DNA of 64,000 nt from Flavobacteriales bacterium (GTDB taxonomy: Bacteria > Bacteroidota > Bacteroidia > Flavobacteriales_F > PHOS-HE28), in NCBI GenBank assembly GCA_016712535.1, contig JADJQW010000002.1, forward strand, positions 520,254-584,253. The letters run 5' to 3'. The position numbers were made by a program, and so were the translations under genes. Shown in pieces: positions 38,588-46,914 of the stretch. Below the pieces are notes generated by a model. That model was not told the DNA's origin. It saw only the letters and a list, made by a program, of their open reading frames with translations, and ran no database searches. Each line of letters starts with the position of its first letter. The stretch's first letter is position 1.

Positions 38588-39649
38588 TCACTCCGGATCA
38601 CTGAACGCCGGATCGTTCAGGAAGCGCTCATCGGTGAGGGCTTGCAGGAAGGCCTTGAGGTCGGCGCGCTCCTGGGCATCGAGGTCGATCTGGCCGCTGG
38701 TCCATGGCCACATGTGATTGTCCAGATTGGGCTCATTGATGTTCACGCTGTCGGCGTAGAAGTCGATCACTTCTTCAAGCGTGGCGAAGCGCCCATCGTG
38801 CATGTAGGGCGCGGTGACGGCAATGTTGCGCAGGCTGTTCACCTTGAAGCGGCCGCGGTCGCTCACGAGTCCGGTGATCTCCGCCAATCCTTGATCCGGT
38901 CCGGGCGCCATGCCGATGTTGCGTAGGTCGTGGTCCTGGAAGAGCGGCGCCATGTGGCAGAGGTCGCACTCGGCTTCGCCGAAGAAGAGGTCCATGCCGC
39001 GTATCTCGGCATCGGACATGGCCGTGGCATCACCGCTGTAGAAGTAGCGGTCGAAGGGCGAATCGAAGCTGAGCAGCGTGCGCTCGAATTGCGCTATGGC
39101 TTTCACCACGCGCACGCTGTCAATGTCCGGTGATCCGAAGGCGCGTGCGAAAAGCTCGGGATAGTTGGGCAGTCGGCGGAGCCGTTCCTCCACCACGGGC
39201 CAGCTGTTGCGCATCTCGAGGTGATTCACCACGGGGCCGAAGGCTTGCTCTTCCAACGAAGCCGCGCGGCCATCCCAGAAGAGGAGATGGTCCCAGAGCA
39301 TGTTCTGCACGGGCATCGATTGCCGCCGCCCCACGGACCCATCCGATCCGAGCGAGAATCTACGCGGGTCGCTGAAGGCGAACTCCTGCTGGTGGCAGCT
39401 GCTGCAGCTGATCGAGTAGTTGTCCGACAGCGCTTTCTCATAGAACAGCTTGCGGCCCAGCGCAACGCCTTCCACGGTGAGCGGATTGTCGGCGGGCAGG
39501 TTCATCGGATGCGGCAGGTTCTGCGTCCAAGGCGGCAGTTCCAGCGCCAAGGGCGTGGGCCCCGTGAAGGCATCGGCCTGCTCCACGGCGGGATCCTTCC
39601 GGCACGCCGCGATGGCGAGCAAGGCGAAGAGGAAGGGGAGGCGCCGCAT
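38588..39649 (-). CDS. Di-haem cytochrome c peroxidase (CCP/MauG family), lipoprotein
   Basis: Lipobox LLAIAAC. Two haem sites, CSSCHQQ and CDLCHMAP. Conserved ...VTAPYMHDGRFATLEEVIDFY block. Confidence 0.8.
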   Translation of the reverse strand: MRRLPFLFALLAIAACRKDPAVEQADAFTGPTPLALELPPWTQNLPHPMNLPADNPLTVEGVALGRKLFYEKALSDNYSISCSSCHQQEFAFSDPRRFSLGSDGSVGRRQSMPVQNMLWDHLLFWDGRAASLEEQAFGPVVNHLEMRNSWPVVEERLRRLPNYPELFARAFGSPDIDSVRVVKAIAQFERTLLSFDSPFDRYFYSGDATAMSDAEIRGMDLFFGEAECDLCHMAPLFQDHDLRNIGMAPGPDQGLAEITGLVSDRGRFKVNSLRNIAVTAPYMHDGRFATLEEVIDFYADSVNINEPNLDNHMWPWTSGQIDLDAQERADLKAFLQALTDERFLNDPAFSDPE

Positions 39650-39676
39650 GCGTGGCGAAGATCGATAGTGCGACGA

Positions 39677-40750
39677 TCAACGGCGGTGACCGGGGGGGCC
39701 GAAACGCGGATTAACGAGGAAAGCCGAATCGGTGAGCGTGCGCAGGAAGGCCACCAGGTCCGTGCGGTCCTGCTTGGAGAGCCGCACTTCGCCTTTGCGC
39801 CAGGGCAGCATGTGCTCATCGAGCGTGGGCGATGCCGTGAACACGTCATCCGCATAGAAATCGACGACCTGCTCCAGCGTGGCGAATCGGCCATCGTGCA
39901 TGTAGGGCGCCGTAACGGTGATGTTGCGGAGCGAAGGGGTCTTGAATCGCCCCGCGTGCCAGGGCAGGCCCGTGCGAGCACCCATGCCGAGGTCCGTGGG
40001 CACGCTGTCGAGCCCGATGTTCAGCACATGATGCCCCTTGAAGAGCGGCGGCTCGTGGCAATCGACGCAATGCGCGCGGGTGAAGAAGAGGTCCTTGCCG
40101 CGCTTCTCCTGCGCATTGAGCGCATCGGCCTGCTTCCCGTAGAAGTAGCGGTCGAATCGCGAATCGAGTGAGACCATGGTGCGCTCGAACTGCGCCAGGG
40201 CGAATGCGATGCGCAGGCTGTCGATGCGCGCATCGCCGAAGGCGGCGGCGAAGAGCGGCGGATAACGCTTGTCCTGCGCAAGGCGATGGCTCACTTCGAT
40301 CCAGCGGCTCGCCATCTCGCGGTGCGCGGTCACCGGCTCGAAGGCCTGCAGCTCGAGGCTGAGGGCGCGGGCGTCCCAGAAGAAGAAATGGTCCCACGCC
40401 AGGTTCATCAAAGGCATGCTGTTGCGCGCGGTGCGCTGGCCGCTCATGCCGCTGGAGAAGCGCGCGCTATCCGCGAAGGCGAAGCGCTGCAGGTGGCAAC
40501 TGGCGCAAGAGAGCGATCCATCGGCGCTCAGCGCTTTCTCATGGAAGAGCATGCGGCCCAGCGCTGCGCCTTCCACGGTGAGCGGATTATCGTAGGGGGA
40601 ATCGAGGCGGAGCGCGGTGTCGGCGATAGCCCAGGCGGGGAGCTCGAGTCGCAGGGGTGTTGATCCGGTTGGTGCAGCGTTCTTGGGCGGATGATGGCAT
40701 GCCATCAGGGCCGCGAGAGCGGTCGGAAGTACGAATCGATTCGCTGACAT
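39677..40750 (-). CDS. Di-haem cytochrome c peroxidase paralog (CCP/MauG family), lipoprotein
   Basis: Lipobox ALMAC. CASCHLQ and CVDCHEP haem sites. About 55% identical to the downstream paralog (VTAPYMHDGRFATLEQVVDFY). Confidence 0.8.
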   Translation of the reverse strand: MSANRFVLPTALAALMACHHPPKNAAPTGSTPLRLELPAWAIADTALRLDSPYDNPLTVEGAALGRMLFHEKALSADGSLSCASCHLQRFAFADSARFSSGMSGQRTARNSMPLMNLAWDHFFFWDARALSLELQAFEPVTAHREMASRWIEVSHRLAQDKRYPPLFAAAFGDARIDSLRIAFALAQFERTMVSLDSRFDRYFYGKQADALNAQEKRGKDLFFTRAHCVDCHEPPLFKGHHVLNIGLDSVPTDLGMGARTGLPWHAGRFKTPSLRNITVTAPYMHDGRFATLEQVVDFYADDVFTASPTLDEHMLPWRKGEVRLSKQDRTDLVAFLRTLTDSAFLVNPRFGPPGHRR

Positions 40751-40764
40751 GGCGGGGTCCGGAT

Positions 40765-41067
40765 TCAGCGCCGCCGCTTCTTCGATCGCAATGGCCTGCG
40801 ACTCGTATGGAAAACACTGTACACAATGGCTAGGCCATCCGTCAACTCGAACACGATGCAATACGGGAAGTCCTGGACCGGGGCGTATCGGAATCCGTTC
40901 ACCCGTTCAGGGTAGCTGCATGTCACGCGAACCAGGTCCTCAATGGCTTTGAGCACTGCTGTTTCGAAGCGCGCGCCAAGTTTCGGTTGCTCGAGCTCGT
41001 AGTGCAATGAGGCCTCCTGCCATTCCTGCCAAGCCAGGTCGCGCAGCTCAATGGCCTTCGCCTTCAT
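40765..41067 (-). CDS. Type II toxin, RelE/ParE family
   Basis: 100 aa; ...FRYAPVQDFPYCIVFELTDGLAIVYSVFHTSR matches the RelE/ParE C-terminal pattern. Start overlaps the antitoxin stop (ATGA). Confidence 0.65.
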   Translation of the reverse strand: MKAKAIELRDLAWQEWQEASLHYELEQPKLGARFETAVLKAIEDLVRVTCSYPERVNGFRYAPVQDFPYCIVFELTDGLAIVYSVFHTSRRPLRSKKRRR

Positions 41068-41285
41068 GCGCGCTTGCGCTTCAGCATGGCCTTCACCTCC
41101 TTCAGGGAGTATCCCTTGCCTTTGCCTTGCCGCCGCGCTTCTCGCCGCTCCTCGAGCATGGCCAATTGCTCCTTGGTGAATCGGAACTCGCCGGCCTCAG
41201 CCTCCAACGCCTTGCTCACCTTGGCCAGCACATGTTCATCATTGGTGGCAATGATGCGTTCGATCAGGTCGAGCTTCGTGAACAT
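41064..41285 (-). CDS. Antitoxin, putative addiction-module component (TIGR02574-like)
   Basis: 73 aa; MFTKLDLIERIIATNDEHVLAKVSKALEAEA... resembles TIGR02574-family antitoxins. Immediately upstream of the RelE/ParE toxin. Confidence 0.6.
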   Translation of the reverse strand: MFTKLDLIERIIATNDEHVLAKVSKALEAEAGEFRFTKEQLAMLEERREARRQGKGKGYSLKEVKAMLKRKRA

Positions 41286-41339
41286 GATCCCGTGTTTCGG
41301 CCAAAGCTATGCGCCGGGCATGCCCGTTGGATGCTGGTC

Positions 41340-41450
41340 ATTGGCATTCAACCCTCAGCCCTCGAACGCTGCAGCATCAGTGACGGCTGTTAACCCTCAA
41401 CCTGCCTTGTCATCCCGGGCTTGACCCGGGACAACCCTCAACACCCAACC
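41340..41450. repeat. Array of CAACCCTCARC motifs plus a 7-bp palindrome (TCCCGGG-CTTGA-CCCGGGA) in the antitoxin/murB intergenic region; shares an exact 12-mer with the 31654..31773 element
   Basis: TTCAACCCTCAGCC, TTAACCCTCAACCTG and ACAACCCTCAACACCCAACC, read directly. AACCCTCAACCT also occurs at ~31735. Confidence 0.4.
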
Positions 41451-41452
41451 GC

Positions 41453-42466
41453 CTAGATGATATTCACCTCGCGCTCCAGCTCCACGCCGAAACGCTCGCG
41501 CACGCTGCGAAGCACTTGATCGCTCAGTTCCCAGACCTCAGCGCCTGTGGCGCCGCCGTGGTTCACCAGCACCAGTGCCTGCTTCTCATGCACCCCGCAT
41601 GCGCCGATGCGCCTGCCCTTCCAGCCGCATTGCTCAATGAGCCAGCCTGCCGCGAGCTTGCTGTGGCCTTCGCCTGCTGGATAGACCGGTGCGTTCGGGT
41701 GAGCGAGCTTGATGCGCTCTGCGACGCGTGCATCCACCACCGGGTTCTTGAAGAAGCTCCCTGCGTTGCCCAGCACCTTGGGGTCGGGCAATTTGCTGCT
41801 TCGGATGGCGATCACGGCATCGCTCACATCCTTGATCGTCGGTTGCGCCACGCCCATTCGGGACAGCTCACCTTGGATGTCGCCGTAGGCGGTGCGGATG
41901 AGGTGATCGCGCTTCGTGAGGGTGAAGCTGACATTCAGGATGATGAAACGATCCTTGCCCTCGCGCTTGAAGAAGCTCTCGCGGTAGCCGAACGCACAAG
42001 CCGAGCGATCGAAGCGAATGATCTCACCATCGCTCACGCGCAAGGCTTCCAGCGACACGAAGCAATCCTTGATCTCCACGCCATAGGCGCCGATATTCTG
42101 CATCGGCGCGGCGCCCACCTTGCCGGGAATCAGGCTGAGGTTCTCGAGCCCGCCCCAGCCCTTGGCCACGCAATGCATCACCAGGTCATGCCACACCACG
42201 CCAGCGCCAGCGCGCACCACGACGCGATCGTCGGTCTCGGCTTCGATTGCGATGTCCGGGACTTCATTCAGCAGCACCAGTCCTTCGAAATCGCGGGTGA
42301 AGAGGATGTTGCTGCCGCCGCCAAGCACGAGGCGCGGCAGGGCGCTGAGCTCGGGCGCGGCCAGCAGCGCGCGCAATTCTTCCACCGTTTGGAATCGGCC
42401 AAGTGCATCCGCCTTTGCGGCTATGCCGAAGGTGTTGAAGGGCTGGAGGTCGGCGTTGCGGAGCAC
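41453..42466 (-). CDS. murB: UDP-N-acetylenolpyruvoylglucosamine reductase
   Basis: 337 aa; FNTFGIAAKADALGRFQTVEELRALL...LVLGGGSNILFTRDFEGLVL. FAD-binding MurB. Confidence 0.85.
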   Translation of the reverse strand: MLRNADLQPFNTFGIAAKADALGRFQTVEELRALLAAPELSALPRLVLGGGSNILFTRDFEGLVLLNEVPDIAIEAETDDRVVVRAGAGVVWHDLVMHCVAKGWGGLENLSLIPGKVGAAPMQNIGAYGVEIKDCFVSLEALRVSDGEIIRFDRSACAFGYRESFFKREGKDRFIILNVSFTLTKRDHLIRTAYGDIQGELSRMGVAQPTIKDVSDAVIAIRSSKLPDPKVLGNAGSFFKNPVVDARVAERIKLAHPNAPVYPAGEGHSKLAAGWLIEQCGWKGRRIGACGVHEKQALVLVNHGGATGAEVWELSDQVLRSVRERFGVELEREVNII

Positions 42467-42619
42467 GTCTATAGGCGGACAAGTTTACCGGAGAAAGCAC
42501 AGCCATGAGTGCAGGGTAATTGCGGCGCCGGATGCCTAGCCTATTGCGATTGCTCTTAGATTCGCTCTGCCGTGGCCAATAGCATGGTCCGAATTAGGTC
42601 TGAACAAACACGACCAGAC

Positions 42620-43588
42620 ATGCACTCGGCATTCCAGCTTTGCCTTGCGCTGCTTGCGCCCGGCTTGTGCGCACAAAACCTGGTGCCCAATCCGAGCTTC
42701 GAGATGGTGGATACATGCCCGCAGTTTCCCCTCGTGCTGGGCTACCAGCCAGGGGCGGTGCCCCAGCATTGGTACAGTTCGAGCGATACCCCGGATTATT
42801 TCAACTCTTGTGAGGATAACGATGTTGGCGGTGTACCTAACAACGTTTTCACGCACCAATTGGCTCACGATGGGGGCGCATATTCGGGAATGTGGTCATT
42901 CCTCGCGGACGACCATAGGGAGATGATTGGAGTTGAGTTATTGAGCGACCTGGTCGTCGGTGAGACCTACTACGCAAGTTTCTACGCCAACGCTGCTTTC
43001 GGCGGCAGTCAGGGAACCGGCCGCGTATGCGATAATCTCGGGTTGCTCTTTTGCACAGCCCCGTACTACTGGCTCTATGGGTCGTCCATGCCGGAATTCG
43101 GCTGTCGCAACTACGCGCACGTGTGGTCAACCGAGGTCATCAGCGATACCTCTGCGTGGGTGCTCGTGAGCGGGGCATTCGTTGCGGATTCAGCCTATCG
43201 GTACATGGTTGTTGGGAATCACTTCGACAACGCCAACACGGTTACCGATAGCCTGGGCCCGAACCCGAACGCCTATCAATTGGTTGATCAGGTCTGTGTC
43301 TCACTGAACCCTTCGCAATGCCCGTTGATCAACGGAGCGGGAGAGTTTTCCAGGACATGGATTGGTGTCCATCCGAATCCTGCGAAGGATGTATTCCAGG
43401 TCTCCTGGGAAGGGCGGGCCAACCGACTGCATGTGTTCGATATGGTCGGTCGGAGCATCTGGCAGGCCACAACACAGGGCGAGAATGGTCTTGTGGTCGA
43501 TGTTGCGCACTGGGCTCGTGGCCACTATGCAATGATTCTCGAAGGGGATAGCTGGTGCTACTCGCACAAGTTAGTTCTGGTGGAGTGA
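42620..43588 (+). CDS. Hypothetical secreted protein with a T9SS type-A C-terminal sorting domain (lower-GC gene)
   Basis: Signal peptide MHSAFQLCLALLAPGLCAQN. C-terminus IGVHPNPAKDVFQVSWEG...GHYAMILEGDSW is a T9SS CTD. Noticeably more A/T at third codon positions than neighbouring genes. Confidence 0.55.
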   Translation: MHSAFQLCLALLAPGLCAQNLVPNPSFEMVDTCPQFPLVLGYQPGAVPQHWYSSSDTPDYFNSCEDNDVGGVPNNVFTHQLAHDGGAYSGMWSFLADDHREMIGVELLSDLVVGETYYASFYANAAFGGSQGTGRVCDNLGLLFCTAPYYWLYGSSMPEFGCRNYAHVWSTEVISDTSAWVLVSGAFVADSAYRYMVVGNHFDNANTVTDSLGPNPNAYQLVDQVCVSLNPSQCPLINGAGEFSRTWIGVHPNPAKDVFQVSWEGRANRLHVFDMVGRSIWQATTQGENGLVVDVAHWARGHYAMILEGDSWCYSHKLVLVE

Positions 43589-43614
43589 CCCTTCTTCAAC
43601 AAAAACGGTAAACC

Positions 43615-45672
43615 ATGGAGAACTGGAAAACCTTCAAAAGCCTTGGCTTGGTCGTGTTCCTATTCGTCAGTGCGAAAGGCAAGGGTCAAGTATCGCAGCT
43701 GAACAATACGGTTACCGCCGTGACCGACTACATAGGCTGCGACGTGAACAGCAACCAGCCGTTGCGATTCACAACGCAGTTGAACTTTCCACATCAATGG
43801 CGAACGGATAATGCACTCCGGATGCGGCTTACACAAACGCTTACGGGCCAGTCAGTGAACGGCTAAGGAAACCGGGACCTGTCAGGGCATCTGGGAATTG
43901 GCCTGTTCACGGATCCGGATGTGAACCGGCCCTTCTCCATGCTTCACATTGATTCGGCGGGCGGGCAGGACACCGGCTACCGCCCGTGGATGAAGGTGGG
44001 CATGACGCTCACTCAATGGTCGGACCTGAGCTACTTCGGCCTGAAATCGGAGAGCAACGACGACAACCATGCGGTGATTGCTTGGAGCGATAACCAAACG
44101 GGCTTGGATGGCCCGGACCTGTTGAAATTCATCTTTTTGATGAACAACAACACAAGCGGTCCAACGGCCGCTTTGGACAATGGTTTGGAGGCGGCCCGCT
44201 TCCTGCCACACACCAGCGGGAATCAATCGTTCTTCGGTGTTGGAGATTGGTTCACGGCTGGCCTCAATCCGACGGAACGCGTCGATCTTCTTGATGGTCG
44301 CTTACGCATCCGCCAGCTTCCGGATGATTCGGAGACTGACCAGGCCTTCAAGGTGATGGTAGTGGACGACACGAACGACCCGTTGGAACGCGGTGTGGTG
44401 AAGTGGAAGAACATCAACCTAAGCGCTGATTGCGATTGGGTGGTGCAGACTGGAGACCCGCATGTGTCGAGCGTGTACGATGGGAGCAGCTGCTTGTGGG
44501 ACCGTCGGCATGGCGTGGGCATCGGCATGGATGTGCCCCGCGCCAAATTGCACGTGCATCACAACAACTATGAGTTGCTAGCTCGCATTGGTACCTGGTC
44601 TAGGACCGAGTCGGATGATTTTCAGAATGAGTTCCAGGGGGTCTTGGGCGAATGTGGTCCTATAGATCCTGACGGCTTCTTTGGCCACGCTGAAGGAGTA
44701 CAAGGACTCGCCTACAACTGCAAGACCACCATCGGTGTGCATGGCCACGGCCGTTACGACTCCCAACAACCGGGAACCGGCACCGGATTCCTGGTGGGCG
44801 TGCTCGGCGTGGCCGAGTACGATCAGCCGTGGCAGGCTTCATTCTCCGCAGGCGTGTATGGTCGATCCATAGCCCCGCAAGGCGCTGGCCAGGCATGGGC
44901 TGGTTTCTTCCAGGGCGATGTGATGATCACCGGGAACGGTTTTGTTAATGGGGCCATCCCCATCACCTCCGATGCTCAGTTCAAGACCGGCGTGGAGGAA
45001 TTGACAGGCGCCTCGGAGTTGCTATCTGCCTTGCAGCCGAAGCGCTACTCCTTCAATGACCTTGGGCAATCCGTGGTCGGTTTGCCGGATGGTGAGCAAC
45101 TCGGGTTCATCGCGCAGGAATTGGAGGAGGTGCTTCCAGATTTGGTGCATGAAACACAGCGACCGGCTGATCTGAATGATGCAGGCGATGTCGTCCAAGA
45201 AGCCATCGACTACAAAGCGGTGAACTACATCGGGCTCATCCCGGTCCTGGTTGCGGGCTTCCAGGAATTGCAAGGGCGCGTTGCGGCGCAGGAGTCGGTG
45301 ATCGCGCAGCTCCAGGAAGAACTCGCCGCCTGTTGCGCCGCCTCGAACGACGATGGCACGCGCTCAATTACGGGGAGCACGACCGATGAGGGCTCCATCA
45401 CCCCCACCCAGGAGCGCCTGCTCCGCATCGCACCCAATCCCTTCACCGACCGCACCACGCTCTTCTGCACGCTGGAGCACGCAGGCCGCATGCAGTTGCT
45501 GGCCAACAGTACCGATGGCCGCAGCTTGATGGTGCTGAGCGAGGGCCAGCGCGAGGCCGGTGAGTTCCAGTATGAATGGAGCACGGAGAAACTCGCGCCC
45601 GGCGTGTACTACATCAACCTCTTGCTCGACGGCGAGCCGGTGGTGAAGCGCGCGGTGAAAGTGGGGAAGTAA
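43615..45672 (+). pseudogene. Tail-fibre-domain / S74 intramolecular-chaperone-domain surface protein with a T9SS CTD, interrupted by a single in-frame TAA at 43864..43866
   Basis: ORF 43615..43866 (signal peptide MENWKTFKSLGLVVFLFVSAKG) and ORF 43921..45672 are in the same frame, separated only by TAA. The downstream part has no start or signal peptide of its own. It ends with an endosialidase-chaperone-like segment (LSALQPKRYSFNDLG...GFIAQELEEVLPDLV...IDYKAVNYIGLIPVLVAGFQEL) and a T9SS CTD (LRIAPNPFTDRTTL...GVYYINLLLDGE). Confidence 0.5.
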
Positions 45673-45767
45673 GGGATTGACCTAAGTGAGATTCCGGATG
45701 GCTGGGTCCATCGCGCTTCGCGCGCCCAGCCTCCGTAATGAGGCCTTCGGCGAAATGCGAGTCGAAC

Positions 45768-45799
45768 GAACGGCCCGGAGCAGCAACTCCGGGCCGTTC
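45768..45799 (+). terminator. Hairpin (11-bp stem GAACGGCCCGG/CCGGGCCGTTC) after the tail-fibre-like gene, just upstream of the GT4 start
   Basis: Read directly from the sequence. A second weaker hairpin lies at ~45700..45730. Confidence 0.4.
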
Positions 45800-45810
45800 C
45801 TTTGGCGCTC

Positions 45811-46914
45811 ATGCGTGCCCTCGTCTGCGTCACCAACGACCTCAGCACCGATAACCGCGTGCACCGCACCTGCGTGGTGCTGCGCGAGTTGGGCTACGAG
45901 GTCCTGCTGGTGGGGCGGCTGTTGCCCGATAGCCTTCCGCTCCAGCGGCCCTACGGTACCAAGCGCATGCGGCTGCTCTTCCGCAAGGGGCCGATCTTCT
46001 ACGCCGAGTACAACCTGCGGCTCCTTTTCCTCCTGCTCTTCAGCAAGGCCAACCTGATCGTGGCCAACGACCTCGACACCTTGCTGGCCTGCTACCTGGC
46101 GAAGGGGAAGCGCGCGCTGGTTTATGACAGCCACGAGTACTTCACCGAGGTGCCGGAGATCCAGGGCCGTTTCGCGAAGCGCGCATGGCTGGCCATCGAG
46201 CGCTGGATCTTCCCGAAGCTGCGGCACGTGATCACCGTGAACGGCAGCATTGCAAACGCCTACCGTGAGCGCTACGGAGTGCCTGTGGAGGTCGTGCGCA
46301 ACATCCCCATGCACAAGGAGCTCGGACCGTTGCCCTCGCGCAGCGATCTGGACCTGCCCGAGGACCGCTTCATCCTCGTCCTGCAGGGCAGCGGCATCAA
46401 CGTGGACAGGGGAGGCGAAGAGGCGGTGCTGGCGATGAAGGAGCTGCCCGATGCCCTGCTGCTCATCATCGGTGGCGGTGATGCATGGCCTTTGCTGGAG
46501 CGTTTGGTCAAGGAGCAAGCGCTTGAAGGCCGCGTGCGCCTCTTGCCGCGCATGCCCTACGAGCGCATGATGCAGTACACGCGCAACGCCGACCTCGGCC
46601 TCTCGCTCGACAAGGACACCAGCCTCAACTACCGCTTCAGCCTGCCAAACAAGCTCTTCGACTACTTCCGCGCGCACATCCCGGCGCTGGTGAGCGAACT
46701 CCCTGAGGTCGCCGGGATCGTGCGTCGGTACGAGGCGGGCATCGTGATCCCGCGCGTGGAGCCTGCGGTGATCGCCGCCGAGGTGCGCCGCTTGATGCCC
46801 GATCGCGCGCGCCGTGATGCCTTGCGGCTGAAGGCTATTTTCGCCGCCACTGAATTGGATGGCGAGCGCGAGAAGGAAGCGCTGAAGGCCTTCCTGCGAC
46901 GCGTTGGCGGATAA
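45811..46914 (+). CDS. Glycosyltransferase, GT4-like (GT-B fold)
   Basis: About 365 aa. N-terminal MRALVCVTNDLSTDNRVHRTCVVLRELGYEV and a C-terminal E-x7-E-like region, typical of GT-B retaining transferases. ATG 45811; the ORF-track start at 45802 is TTG. Confidence 0.65.
   Translation: MRALVCVTNDLSTDNRVHRTCVVLRELGYEVLLVGRLLPDSLPLQRPYGTKRMRLLFRKGPIFYAEYNLRLLFLLLFSKANLIVANDLDTLLACYLAKGKRALVYDSHEYFTEVPEIQGRFAKRAWLAIERWIFPKLRHVITVNGSIANAYRERYGVPVEVVRNIPMHKELGPLPSRSDLDLPEDRFILVLQGSGINVDRGGEEAVLAMKELPDALLLIIGGGDAWPLLERLVKEQALEGRVRLLPRMPYERMMQYTRNADLGLSLDKDTSLNYRFSLPNKLFDYFRAHIPALVSELPEVAGIVRRYEAGIVIPRVEPAVIAAEVRRLMPDRARRDALRLKAIFAATELDGEREKEALKAFLRRVGG

Noticed and set aside
43615-43866. Stand-alone 83-aa gene call (signal peptide only)
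   Set aside because: It is in the same frame as the 43921..45672 ORF and separated from it by a single TAA. The downstream ORF lacks its own start or signal peptide but has a secretion-dependent CTD. Best explained as one interrupted gene.
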